Of a stretch of DNA of 49,178 nt, positions 20,325-30,195 are shown in pieces. The number at the start of each line of letters is the position of its first letter. Position 1 is the stretch's first letter. The DNA is from Candidatus Rokubacteria bacterium CSP1-6 (GTDB taxonomy: Bacteria; Methylomirabilota; Methylomirabilia; Rokubacteriales; CSP1-6). The DNA lies in assembly GCA_001443385.1 (NCBI GenBank), contig LDXP01000008.1:1-49178 (forward strand), in the 5' to 3' direction. A program made the position numbers and the translations under genes. The notes below the pieces were generated by a model. The model was given only the letters and a program-made list of their open reading frames with translations. It searched no databases and was not told the DNA's origin.

Positions 20325-21193
20325 GCGGCCCCCCCTCGAAAGCGCTCGCAGCCGGCGCGCGGCGTTTCCGGCAACAGGCGCTCGAGCTCGCGGAAGATCC
20401 CCTGGGTCCGCGCGTCCAGCCCCCGCGGGATGCTCACGCGCACCGTGACGTACAGGTCGCCGGTGCCCTCGCCGTGCAGCCGCCGCATGCCCTTGCCGCG
20501 GAGGCGAAAGACCTGGCCGCTCTGGGTGCCGGGCGGCAAGACCAGCGCCGTCTCGCCGTCGAGCGTCGGCACCCGAATCCGCGCGCCGAGCACCACCTCG
20601 CCGAGCGTCACGGGCACCTCGCAGTGCACGTTGTCGCCCTTGCGGATGAAGAATGGATGCTCCGCGACGCGCGTGATCACGATCAGGTCACCCCGCGGGC
20701 CGCCGAACGGCCCCGCATGCCCCTCCCCCGGCGCGCGGAGCTGCGCCCCCGTGTCCACCCCCGCGGGGATCGCGACCGGCACCTCCGCGACCTCCGGCTG
20801 AAGGCCGCGGTCGCGGCATGCCGGGCACCCCGCCGCGGCGCACTCCGGGCACGGCCGGAAGCGCTCCACGTTCAGCGTCAGCCCGACGCCGCGCGCCGCG
20901 TCGGCGAACGAGAGCTCCACGGGGACGTACACATCGTCCCCCCGCTGCCCCTGCGCTTCGCCCGCCGGTCGGCGGAACACGCGGTGGCCGAAGCGATCGT
21001 ACAAAGAGCGCGCACCGGGATCACTGAGAATCCGATAGGCTTCAGAGATCTCGTCGAACAGCCCCCCTGCCTCGACATCCCACAAGTTGACGTCGGGGGA
21101 GTACTGGCGGGCCAGCCGGCGGTAGGCCTGACGGAGCTCCCGCTGGCCGGCGCCGATACTGACGCCCAGCACCGCGTAGTAGTCCCGCCTCAT
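20321..21193 (-). CDS. dnaJ: DnaJ/CbpA-like co-chaperone with non-canonical J-domain (SPD)
   Basis: [33 protein letters not shown]; two CxxC; DnaJ C-terminal domain. Confidence 0.82.
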   Translation of the reverse strand: MRRDYYAVLGVSIGAGQRELRQAYRRLARQYSPDVNLWDVEAGGLFDEISEAYRILSDPGARSLYDRFGHRVFRRPAGEAQGQRGDDVYVPVELSFADAARGVGLTLNVERFRPCPECAAAGCPACRDRGLQPEVAEVPVAIPAGVDTGAQLRAPGEGHAGPFGGPRGDLIVITRVAEHPFFIRKGDNVHCEVPVTLGEVVLGARIRVPTLDGETALVLPPGTQSGQVFRLRGKGMRRLHGEGTGDLYVTVRVSIPRGLDARTQGIFRELERLLPETPRAGCERFRGGAA

Positions 21194-23107
21194 TTACTTC
21201 TTCTCGCCGAGATCCTCGAACTCGGCGTCCACCACATCTCCCTCGGGCGCCTTGGACTTGGCCTGGCCCGCCGCCCCGGCGTCGGTGCTCCCGGCGCCGG
21301 CCTTGGCCTGGGCCTCGCGGTACATGATTTCCGCCAGCTTGTGCGAGGCCTTCATCAGGTTCTCCTGGGCGCGCGTGATCCGGTTGATGTCGTCTCCCTT
21401 CAGCGCCTCGCGGGCCTCGTTGAGCGCGTCCTCGATCACCTTGCGCTCGCCCTCCGGAACCTTGTCGCCGTGCTCCCGCAGGGTCCGCTCGGTCGTGTAC
21501 ACCAACGAGTCCGCCTGGTTGCGGACCTCGATCTCCTGCCGGCGCTGGGCGTCCTCCGCCGCGTGCGCCTCCGCCTCCTTCATCATCCGGTCGATCTCTT
21601 CCTTGGTGAGCCCGGACGAGGCCGTGATCGTGATGTTCTGCTGCTTGCCCGTCGCCGTGTCCCGGGCCGAGACGTTCACGATGCCGTTCGCGTCGATGTC
21701 GAACGTCACCTCGATTTGCGGCACGCCGCGCGAGGCCGGTGGGATCCCGACCAGGTGGAACTTGCCCAGCGTCCGGTTGTCGCGCGCCATGGGCCGCTCG
21801 CCCTGCAGCACGTGCACCTCCACCGACGTCTGGTTGTCGGCGGCGGTCGTGAAGATCTCGGACTTTTTCGTCGGGATCGTGGTGTTGCGTTCGATGAGTC
21901 GGGTCATCACGCTTCCGAGCGTCTCGATGCCGAGCGACAGCGGCGTGACGTCGAGCAGGACCATGTCCTTGACGTCGCCGGTGAGCACGGCGGCCTGGAT
22001 GGCCGCGCCGACGCCCACGACTTCGTCCGGGTTCACGCCCTTGTGGGGCTCCTTCCCGAAGAGGGCTTTCACCATCTCCTGCACCTTCGGCATCCGGATC
22101 TGGCCCCCGACCAGGATGACCTCGTCAATGTCCCGCGGGCTCTTGCCGGCGTCCTGCAGCGCCTGCCGGCACGGGCCGAGCGTGCGCTCGATCAGGTCGG
22201 CCACCAGCGATTCGAGCTTCGCGCGCGTCAGCGTGAGCACGAGGTGCTTGGGCCCGTTCGCGTCGGCCGTGATGAACGGGAGATTGATCTCGGTCTGGAG
22301 GGTCGTCGAGAGCTCGCACTTGGCCTTCTCCGCGGCCTCCTTCAGCCGCTGGAGCGCCATCCGGTCCCTCTTGAGGTCGATGCCGTTCTCACGCTTGAAC
22401 TCCTCGGCGATCCAGTCGACGACCCGCTGGTCGAAGTCATCGCCCCCCAGGTGCGTGTCGCCGTTGGTGGCCTTCACCTCGAACACGCCGTCGCCGATCT
22501 CCAAGATCGAGATGTCGAAGGTGCCGCCGCCCAGGTCGTACACCGCGATCGTCTCGTCCTTCTTCTTGTCCATCCCATAGGCGAGCGCGGCGGCCGTCGG
22601 CTCGTTGATGATCCGGAGCACTTCGAGGCCGGCGATCTGCCCCGCCTCCTTGGTGGCCTGGCGCTGGCTGTCGTTGAAGTACGCCGGGACGGTGATGACG
22701 GCCTTCGAGACCTTCTCGCCCAGGTAGGCCTCGGCGGCCTCCTTGAGCTTGCGGAGGATCATGGCCGAGATCTCGGGAGGCGAGTACACCTTGCCGCGCA
22801 CCTCGACGCGCGCGTCCGCGTTGTCGGTCTTGACGACCTTGTACGGGACGAGCTTGGTCTCTTGCAGCACCTCGTCGTGGCGGCGCCCCATGAAGCGCTT
22901 GATGGAAAAGACCGTGTTCTCGGGGTTGGTGATGGCCTGGCGTTTCGCGACCTGCCCGACCAGGATCTCGCCGTCCTTCGTAAAGCCCACCACCGACGGG
23001 GTGAGGCGGCTCCCCTCCTGGTTGGAGATGACCGTCGGGTCACCGCCTTCCATGACCGCCACCACGGAGTTCGTCGTCCCGAGGTCGATACCGATTACCT
23101 TCGCCAT
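21194..23107 (-). CDS. dnaK: molecular chaperone DnaK
   Basis: [45 protein letters not shown]. Confidence 0.98.
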   Translation of the reverse strand: MAKVIGIDLGTTNSVVAVMEGGDPTVISNQEGSRLTPSVVGFTKDGEILVGQVAKRQAITNPENTVFSIKRFMGRRHDEVLQETKLVPYKVVKTDNADARVEVRGKVYSPPEISAMILRKLKEAAEAYLGEKVSKAVITVPAYFNDSQRQATKEAGQIAGLEVLRIINEPTAAALAYGMDKKKDETIAVYDLGGGTFDISILEIGDGVFEVKATNGDTHLGGDDFDQRVVDWIAEEFKRENGIDLKRDRMALQRLKEAAEKAKCELSTTLQTEINLPFITADANGPKHLVLTLTRAKLESLVADLIERTLGPCRQALQDAGKSPRDIDEVILVGGQIRMPKVQEMVKALFGKEPHKGVNPDEVVGVGAAIQAAVLTGDVKDMVLLDVTPLSLGIETLGSVMTRLIERNTTIPTKKSEIFTTAADNQTSVEVHVLQGERPMARDNRTLGKFHLVGIPPASRGVPQIEVTFDIDANGIVNVSARDTATGKQQNITITASSGLTKEEIDRMMKEAEAHAAEDAQRRQEIEVRNQADSLVYTTERTLREHGDKVPEGERKVIEDALNEAREALKGDDINRITRAQENLMKASHKLAEIMYREAQAKAGAGSTDAGAAGQAKSKAPEGDVVDAEFEDLGEKK

Positions 23108-23135
23108 GTACGTTCTCCTTATCTGGCCTCGAAAA

Positions 23136-23180
23136 CCTTAGTCTGTTCACCTTATATCATCTGAGTTTAGGCTTGTCAAT
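23136..23180 (-). promoter_or_regulatory. dnaK promoter with overlapping HAIR-like (HspR) operators
   Basis: Minus-strand TTGACA-N17-TATAAG (23179-23151); TCTGAGT-N7-TGTCAAT and CCTTAGT-N7-CCTTATA partially match CTTGAGT-N7-ACTCAAG. Confidence 0.6.
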
Positions 23181-23261
23181 ATGTGTCTCGAAAAACCCCA
23201 GGATCTCAAATAAAACCTTTTTTTATTGATCCTTATGAGACGCCGGTGCTAGGGTTCGGCT

Positions 23262-23909
23262 ATGAAGTTCGGTTGTATGGGGTGTTTCGTCCTCCTTTTG
23301 ATCCTGGCGGTGGCCCTCGTCGGGGGGGCGGTGGCGCTCTACTACGCGGGGTCGCTCTTCGACATGCCGGCCATTCCCAGCATCGAATACACCCCCTCTG
23401 ACGGCCACCGGGCCCAGCAAAAGCTGTTCGAACTCGCCACGCGGGACTCTAGGCGCTCCGCAGAGTCTGTGGTGCTCACCGAGCGCGAGCTGAACGCGTT
23501 CCTGGCCCGGCACCTGGAAGAGAGCGAGGGCCTCCCCTTCTCGCCGATCATCGTGAGACTCTCCCCGGGCACCATCGAGGTGCAGGGGCGGACGACACTC
23601 GTCAACCTCTTCCAGGGTTTCCCCTTTTCCCTGCTGGCAGAGTACCTCCCCGCCTCCGCGCTGGATCGTCCCGTCTGGGTGACGGTGAGCGGGACCATCG
23701 AGGTGCAGAAGCGGCGATCCAGGACCGAGCGCCCGTACGGGCAGCTCGTGGTCAGCGAATTCAGCCTGGGCAATCAGGACCTGGGTTCCTGGGTCCTGTC
23801 CTGGATGATCGGCGGAAGGCGACAGTCCCTGCTGCGGTGGCAGCTACCGCCGGCGGTGGACGGGATCACGATCGAGCAGGGAAGGGTGGTCATCACGCCG
23901 CGAACGTAA
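23262..23909 (+). CDS. hypothetical membrane-anchored protein
   Basis: Cys-rich N-terminus plus TM helix; preceded by TGcTAGGGT -10-like element. Confidence 0.75.
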   Translation: MKFGCMGCFVLLLILAVALVGGAVALYYAGSLFDMPAIPSIEYTPSDGHRAQQKLFELATRDSRRSAESVVLTERELNAFLARHLEESEGLPFSPIIVRLSPGTIEVQGRTTLVNLFQGFPFSLLAEYLPASALDRPVWVTVSGTIEVQKRRSRTERPYGQLVVSEFSLGNQDLGSWVLSWMIGGRRQSLLRWQLPPAVDGITIEQGRVVITPRT

Positions 23910-23921
23910 TTCCTGCCCGGG

Positions 23922-24320
23922 TCAGCGCGAACGCGCCGCCCGGACGAAGCGCATCTCGCGGTCGTAGAGAATCCCTTCAAGAAGCCGGCTCTCGTCGGGC
24001 GACCGGTGCCCCTCGGTCTTCTCCCTCAACAGCCGCAACAGGTCGATGCTGAATTGGGCCTGGGCCAGGTCCACCGGGGCCGCCTCACCCGCCGCGTCCG
24101 CCCCCTCGCCCAGATGATAGAGGGCCGAGTTCGCCAGCAGCAGGAACAGCGCAGCGAGATCCGCCTCCGGCGCCGCCTCGGCAGCTCGCGGCGACGCCGG
24201 GGCCCCTTCCGGCAGGATGGTGGCAGCGCGCTCAAGAGGCCGAGCGGCTTCGGGCTCGTCGCCCCGGCCCCGGCGATCTCTGACGGTAAACCCTTCTTCG
24301 GGGGCGTCCTGGGGAGGCAA
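23922..24320 (-). CDS. DUF1844-like protein
   Basis: EGFTVRDRR, DLAQAQFSIDLLRLLREKTEG..E..LL..ILYD; TTG start uncertain. Confidence 0.75.
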   Translation of the reverse strand: MPPQDAPEEGFTVRDRRGRGDEPEAARPLERAATILPEGAPASPRAAEAAPEADLAALFLLLANSALYHLGEGADAAGEAAPVDLAQAQFSIDLLRLLREKTEGHRSPDESRLLEGILYDREMRFVRAARSR

Positions 24321-24423
24321 CGCTCCGAGCCTACCACACCGATCGGAGGCGGAACAAGGCGCGGGGCCAATGGTGCTTGGAGCCTGGATTTCCCCTTGTG
24401 TATAATGCGCTTACCATTCCCAG

Positions 24424-25257
24424 GTGCCGGACATGACCGACTCTCCCGGAACCCTCTTTGACTCCCTCCTCGCCGTGATGGCCCGTCTCAGGGCAGAGGA
24501 GGGCTGCCCCTGGGACCGCGAGCAGACCCGCGCCTCGCTCAAGCCCTACTTGATCGAGGAAGCCTACGAGGCTCTCGAGGCGCTGGAAGGCGGCGAGCGG
24601 GACGCCATCATGGAGGAGCTGGGGGACCTGCTCTTTCAGGTGGTGTTCCACGCGCAGGTCGCCCGCGAGCTGGGGGAGTTCACCATGGCCGACTTGCTCG
24701 AGCGGCTGGTCGCAAAAATGGTGCGGCGCCATCCTCACGTCTTCGGCGAAGCGAAGGTCTCCACCGCCCGGGAAGCCTTCTCCCAGTGGGAGCGGATCAA
24801 GCACGAGGAAGCGACCCGGGGCGGGGCGTCCCGCTCCGTGCTGGACGGCGTGCCGCAGAGCCTGCCGGCGCTCCTCCGGGCCCAGCGCCTCCAGGAGAAG
24901 GCGGCCCGCACCGGTTTTGACTGGAAGGACGCGGCGGGGGCGTGGGCCAAAGTCAAAGAAGAGGTCGGCGAGGTGGACGAGGCCCTCGCCGGCGGCGACG
25001 GCGCCCAGCTCCAGGAAGAACTGGGGGACCTGCTCTTCGCCGTCGTCAACGTCGCGCGCCTGCGCGGTCTCGACGCGGAAGGATGCCTCCGGGGATCGGC
25101 GGACAAGTTCCGCCGCCGCTTCATGCTTATGGAACGCGAGCTCGCCGCTGAGGGGAAGAGCCTCTCCGAGACTTCCCCGGAGCGGATGGACCGATCCTGG
25201 GAGGCGGCAAAAGCTCGGGAGAAGGACCCGGGCGGATCGGAGACCGGGCGGCCATGA
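24424..25257 (+). CDS. mazG: nucleoside triphosphate pyrophosphohydrolase MazG
   Basis: GCPWDREQT, EEAYE, EELGDLL (twice), RRHPHVF, GFDW; TATAAT at 24401; ATG 24433 is an alternative start. Confidence 0.95.
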   Translation: MPDMTDSPGTLFDSLLAVMARLRAEEGCPWDREQTRASLKPYLIEEAYEALEALEGGERDAIMEELGDLLFQVVFHAQVARELGEFTMADLLERLVAKMVRRHPHVFGEAKVSTAREAFSQWERIKHEEATRGGASRSVLDGVPQSLPALLRAQRLQEKAARTGFDWKDAAGAWAKVKEEVGEVDEALAGGDGAQLQEELGDLLFAVVNVARLRGLDAEGCLRGSADKFRRRFMLMERELAAEGKSLSETSPERMDRSWEAAKAREKDPGGSETGRP

Positions 25258-25781
25258 AGGCGCGGATCGGGAAGACCGACGTTGTCATCGAGCGAGGCGA
25301 TCTCACCGACTGGGAGGTGGACGCCATCGTCAACGCCGCCAACTCCCACCTCTGGATGGGAGCGGGCGTCGCCGGGGCCATCAAGCGAAAGGGTGGAGTG
25401 ATCATCGAAGAAGAAGCGGTCCGCCAGGGTCCAATCGAGGCGGGGGAGGCCGTGATCACGACCGCCGGCAACCTTCCCGCCACGCACGTCATCCACGCGG
25501 CCGCCATGGGTCAGGATTTAAAGACCGACGCCCCGAAGATCGCCCAGGCGACCCGCTCGAGCCTGGCCCTGGCCGACAAGCGCAAGCTCACCTCCATCGC
25601 CTTCCCCGCCCTGGGCACCGGCGTTGGCGGCTTTCCGGCCGCCGCAGCCGCCGAGGCGATGCTCGGCGCCGTGGTGGCCCACCTCAAGGCGGGAACCACC
25701 AGCCTCCGCAAAATCGCGTTTGTGCTGTATCAGGAAGATGCGTGGAAGGCCTTCACGGATACGCTAAAGCGGCTCGTGTAA
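25254..25781 (+). CDS. macro domain protein (ADP-ribose hydrolase family)
   Basis: GDLT, DAIVNAANSHL, GAGVAGAI, VIHA, SIAFPALGTGVGGF. Confidence 0.92.
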   Translation: MKARIGKTDVVIERGDLTDWEVDAIVNAANSHLWMGAGVAGAIKRKGGVIIEEEAVRQGPIEAGEAVITTAGNLPATHVIHAAAMGQDLKTDAPKIAQATRSSLALADKRKLTSIAFPALGTGVGGFPAAAAAEAMLGAVVAHLKAGTTSLRKIAFVLYQEDAWKAFTDTLKRLV

Positions 25782-25792
25782 CGATTCCCGCC

Positions 25793-25931
25793 GTGACATG
25801 TCGGTCCATTACGGAGTCCATTACGGTGTCACAACGGCACAATCCAGCGAAGATTCTGGCCATAAAAAGTAGAAAAATTTAATGTTTCCCGGCTGTTGCA
25901 ATTTCCGGCTGTTGCTGGCATCCTCCCTGCA
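25793..25931 (+). promoter_or_regulatory. sigma54 promoter of pilB with upstream activator-like repeats
   Basis: TGGCAT-N5-CTGCA at 25916-25931; GTGACA..TGTCAC dyad enclosing 2x GTCCATTACGG (25793-25832); AT-rich tract between them. Confidence 0.6.
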
Positions 25932-26049
25932 CATTCCAAGACCGAATGCGTTGGGCCTGTCATTGCGCCACGTGGATTTCCAAATACCTGGACCGGCCCG
26001 CCTGCGGTACACTAACGGGAACGACACTCGGGTAGGGTGACAGCAGTTC

Positions 26050-27789
26050 ATGGCACAAAGCAAAGTCGGACAGCCAGTTAGCCGGCGCCTGGGGGATCTC
26101 CTCGTCAACGAGGGCCTCATCACCCAGGAAAATCTGCAACGCGCCCTCGCCGAGCAGAAGGGCTCGAACGAGAAGCTCGGCTCGATCCTCGTCCGGCTCG
26201 GGCTCATCCAGGAAGATCAGCTGATCGGCTTCCTCTCCCGCCAGTATGGCATCCCGTCCATCACGCTCTCCCAGCTCGACATCGACCCCGAGGTCGTCAA
26301 GCTCGTGCCGGCCCAGATCGCCAAGAAGTACGAGGTGCTCCCCGTCAAGCGCACGGGCAACGCCCTGACGCTGGCCATGGCCGACCCGACGAACGTCTTC
26401 GCCCTCGACGATGTCGCCTTCATGACGAACCTCCAGGTCCTCCCGGTGGTAGCCTCCCAGGGCGCCATCCGCCAGACCATCGAGCGCCTCTACGAGCCGC
26501 AGGCCTCCGCCTTCAGCGAGGTCATCACCGCCATGGAGGGGGAAGCCCCCGACGTGGAGCTCGTGGAAGGCGGGGAGGATGTCGCGCCGTCGAAGATCGA
26601 CATCTTCGAGCTGAAGGACGCGTCCGAGGAGGCGCCGGTCGTCAAGCTGGTCAACCTCATCCTGACCGACGCCATCCGCCGGGGCGCCTCCGACATCCAC
26701 CTGGAGCCGTACGAAAAGGTGTTCCGGGTCCGCTACCGCATTGACGGCGTGCTGCAGGAAATGATGGCGCCGCCGAAGCGGCTCGAGGCCGCGCTTCTCT
26801 CCCGCGTGAAGATCATGTCCAACTTGGACATCGCCGAGCGCCGGCTCCCCCAGGACGGGCGGATCAAGATCCGCTACTCGAGCCGGGAGATCGATCTCCG
26901 CGTCTCCACGCTGCCGACGATCTTCGGCGAGAAGATCGTGATGCGAATCCTCGACAAAGAAGCGCTCACGCTCGATCTGGCGAAGCTTGGCTTCGACGAC
27001 TGGAGCATGGAGAACTTCAAGAAAGTGATCCACCAGCCCTACGGCATGATTCTGATCACCGGGCCAACCGGGTCCGGCAAGACGACGACCCTCTACTCCG
27101 CCGTCCACACCATCAACTCGCCGGACATCAACATCATGACCGCCGAGGACCCGGTGGAGTACAACCTGAAGGGGGTCAACCAGGTCCAGGTCAACGAGGA
27201 GATCGGACGCACCTTCTCCGCGGTCCTCCGGTCCTTCCTCCGCCAGGACCCCGACGTCATCCTGGTGGGCGAGACTCGCGACCTCGAGACCGCTCAGATC
27301 GCCATCCGCGCCGCTCTCACGGGCCACCTCGTCTTCTCCACCCTGCATACCAACGACGCCCCCGGCACCATCGCCCGGCTCCAGGACATGGGGATCCCGC
27401 CATTCCTGGTGGCCTCATCCATCCTCCTGGTGCTGGCCCAGCGCCTGGCGCGCCGGGTCTGCAAGGAGTGCCGGGAGCCCTACGAGGTTGACGAGGAGAG
27501 CCTGACGCCCTACGGCCACGTCCCCCAGGGGCTGGGGAGGGTCACCCTGTACAAGGGCAAGGGATGCCAGGCCTGCAACTTCACCGGGATGAAGGGGCGA
27601 ACGGCGATGTACGAGGTGATGGTGGTCAGCAGCGAGATCCGGGAGCTGATCCTGCGTGGCTCCAGCACCACCGAGCTGCGCGAGCTGGCACAGCAGCAGG
27701 GGATGAAAACCCTCCGCCAGGCGGGGCTCTTGAAAGTGCTCGAGGGGGCCACCACGGCGGAGGAGATTCTCCGCGTGACGATCGGCTAG
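26050..27789 (+). CDS. pilB: type IV pilus assembly ATPase PilB
   Basis: MshEN-like RLGDLL..GLI motif, ASDIHLEP, ERRLPQDGR, GPTGSGKTT, LRQDPD, tetra-Cys motif. Confidence 0.96.
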   Translation: MAQSKVGQPVSRRLGDLLVNEGLITQENLQRALAEQKGSNEKLGSILVRLGLIQEDQLIGFLSRQYGIPSITLSQLDIDPEVVKLVPAQIAKKYEVLPVKRTGNALTLAMADPTNVFALDDVAFMTNLQVLPVVASQGAIRQTIERLYEPQASAFSEVITAMEGEAPDVELVEGGEDVAPSKIDIFELKDASEEAPVVKLVNLILTDAIRRGASDIHLEPYEKVFRVRYRIDGVLQEMMAPPKRLEAALLSRVKIMSNLDIAERRLPQDGRIKIRYSSREIDLRVSTLPTIFGEKIVMRILDKEALTLDLAKLGFDDWSMENFKKVIHQPYGMILITGPTGSGKTTTLYSAVHTINSPDINIMTAEDPVEYNLKGVNQVQVNEEIGRTFSAVLRSFLRQDPDVILVGETRDLETAQIAIRAALTGHLVFSTLHTNDAPGTIARLQDMGIPPFLVASSILLVLAQRLARRVCKECREPYEVDEESLTPYGHVPQGLGRVTLYKGKGCQACNFTGMKGRTAMYEVMVVSSEIRELILRGSSTTELRELAQQQGMKTLRQAGLLKVLEGATTAEEILRVTIG

Positions 27790-27852
27790 GCGACAGGCCG
27801 GAAACCCGGCACTCGGCGAATCTTCGACTTGAGAATAAAGGAACGGTGACAC

Positions 27853-28962
27853 ATGGCCGCGACGATGCACGAGCTGTTGACCATCCTGATCGACCGGGGG
27901 GGGTCTGACCTCCACCTCACGACCGGCACGTACCCCCAGATACGGCTGCACGGGAGGCTCGTCCCGCTGACCGAATTCGAAGTCCTGGCGCCGCAGGACA
28001 CGCAGCGCCTGGGCTACAGCGTCCTCAACGAAGGCCAGAAGCAGAAGTTCGAGGAGGAGAACGAGCTCGACCTGTCCTTCGGCATCCAGGGGCTGGCCCG
28101 CTTCCGGTCCAACGTCTTCCGCCAGCGGGGGGCGGTGGCGGCCGCGATCCGCGTGATCCCCTTCAAGATCCGCTCCTTCGACGACCTGGGGCTGCCCCCG
28201 GTGGTGGCGCAGCTCGCGGAGCGCCCGAAAGGACTCGTCCTCGTGACGGGCCCGACGGGCTCCGGGAAGTCCACGACGCTGGCGGCCATGCTCGACAAGA
28301 TCAACAACGAACGCTCGGACCATATCGTCACCATCGAGGATCCCATCGAGTTCGTTCACCAGCACAAGAAGTGCATGGTGAACCAGCGCGAGGTCACCTC
28401 GGACACCCACTCGTTCACCCAGGCGCTGAAGTACGTCCTCCGCCAGGATCCGGACGTCGTCCTGATCGGCGAGATGCGTGACCTGGAAACGATCTCCGCC
28501 GCCCTCACCATCGCCGAGACCGGCCACCTGACCCTGGCCACCCTGCACACGAACTCCTGCGCCCAAACCATGAACCGAGTCATCGACGTGTTCCCCCCCC
28601 ACCAGCAGCCCCAGGTCCGGTCCCAGCTCTCGCTGGTGCTCGAGGGCGTGCTCTCCCAGACCCTGATTCCCCGGGCCGACGGCAGGGGGCGCGTGATGGC
28701 GCTGGAGATCATGATCAACACCCCCGCCATCCGAAACCTGATCCGGGAAGAGAAGATCCACCAGATCTACTCCGCCATGCAGGCGGGGACGAAGTTCGGG
28801 ATGCAGACCCTGAACCAGTCCCTTGGCTCACTGGTCCAGCGGGGTCTTATCACCCGCGACGATGCCATGAACCGGTCGACGCTTCCCGACGAGCTCAACC
28901 AGCTCCTGTCCGGAATGGCGTCGCGCGTCGCGGCGGAAGCGACCCCGTTCGCGAGACACTGA
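27853..28962 (+). CDS. pilT: type IV pilus retraction ATPase PilT
   Basis: SDLHL, GPTGSGKST, TIEDPIE, LRQDPD, AIRNLIRE, GMQT. Confidence 0.96.
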   Translation: MAATMHELLTILIDRGGSDLHLTTGTYPQIRLHGRLVPLTEFEVLAPQDTQRLGYSVLNEGQKQKFEEENELDLSFGIQGLARFRSNVFRQRGAVAAAIRVIPFKIRSFDDLGLPPVVAQLAERPKGLVLVTGPTGSGKSTTLAAMLDKINNERSDHIVTIEDPIEFVHQHKKCMVNQREVTSDTHSFTQALKYVLRQDPDVVLIGEMRDLETISAALTIAETGHLTLATLHTNSCAQTMNRVIDVFPPHQQPQVRSQLSLVLEGVLSQTLIPRADGRGRVMALEIMINTPAIRNLIREEKIHQIYSAMQAGTKFGMQTLNQSLGSLVQRGLITRDDAMNRSTLPDELNQLLSGMASRVAAEATPFARH

Positions 28963-28978
28963 GGAGGAGGGAGTCGCG

Positions 28979-30192
28979 ATGCCGTTCTTCGCTTATCAGG
29001 GACGCACCACCCAGGGCTCCACCGCCGGCGAGATCGAAGCGCCCGACCGCACGGCCGCCGTCGCGGAGCTGCGCCGCAAGGCCATCCTGGTCACCCAGAT
29101 CAAGGAAAAGGCCGGCGGGCCGGCGAGGGCCGCCGGCGTCGGTGGGCGCTTCGGCGGCAAGGTCAAGGACAAGGAGATGGCGATCTTCACCCGCCAGTTC
29201 TCCACGATGGTGGACGCGGGGCTTCCCCTGGTGCAGTGCCTGACGATCCTGGCCGAGCAGAGCGAATCGAAGACCCTCCGCACGGTGACGTCCAGGGTGG
29301 CCGGAAGCGTGGAGGCGGGGTCCACCCCGCCGACGCCCTCCGGAGGCACCCGAAGACCTTCGACGAGCTGTACGTGAACCTGGTCGAGGTCGGAGAGGCG
29401 GGCGGTATCCTGGACACGGTCCTCCAGCGGCTGTCCGTCTACATCGAAAAGGCTGCGGCCCTGAAGCGGAAGGTCAAGTCCGCCATGATCTACCCCCTGA
29501 CCATCGTCGGCGTCGCGTTCATCGTGGTTATCTTCATGCTCACCTTCGTCATCCCGACATTCGCCAAGATGTTCGCCGGCATGGGGGCCGATCTCCCCCT
29601 GCCCACGCTGATCGTCATCAGGCTCTCCGACTTTGCGACCCGCTTCTGGTGGCTCATCCTCGGGGGCGCCATCGGCATCGTGGTCGGGATCCGCGCCTAC
29701 TACAGGACGGAGGGCGGGCGATCGCTCATCGACGCCCTCGTGCTCAAGCTTCCCGTGTTCGGCACGCTGATCCGAAAGGTGTCGGTGGCCCGCTTCACCC
29801 GCACCCTCGGCACGCTGGTCTCGTCCGGCGTCCCGATCCTGGAGGGTCTTCGCATTACCGCGCGGACGGCGGGCAACCGTGTCGTGGAGCGGGCGGTGCT
29901 GGAGACCCGCGCCTCCGTCACCGCCGGGAAGACGCTGGCGGAGCCGCTGAAGGCTTCCACGGTCTTCCCCCCCATGGTCGTGCAGATGATCTCGGTGGGC
30001 GAGCAGACGGGCGCCCTGGACGCGATGCTGAACAAGATCGCCGACTTCTACGACGACGAGGTGGACACTGCCGTCACCGCGCTCACGGCCCTGCTCGAGC
30101 CGATGATGATCGTGTTCCTGGGCGTGGTCATCGGCGGCCTGGTCATCGCCATGTACCTCCCGATCTTCAGGCTGGTGACCCTGGTCAAATAG
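28979..30192 (+). pseudogene. pilC: type IV pilus platform protein PilC, split by a 1-nt deletion near 29327
   Basis: N-half (FTRQFSTMVDAGLPL) and C-half (GEAGGILD..KVKSAMIYP..GEQTG) are in different frames; the junction TCCACCCCGCCGAC lacks one base of the expected GSTLADAL; could be a sequencing error. Confidence 0.85.
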
Positions 30193-30195
30193 CGA

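Noticed and set aside
24424-25781. mazG + macro domain as an anti-phage system
   Set aside because: Both look like housekeeping versions (tandem-domain MazG, YmdB-like macro) with native codon usage and no defence context
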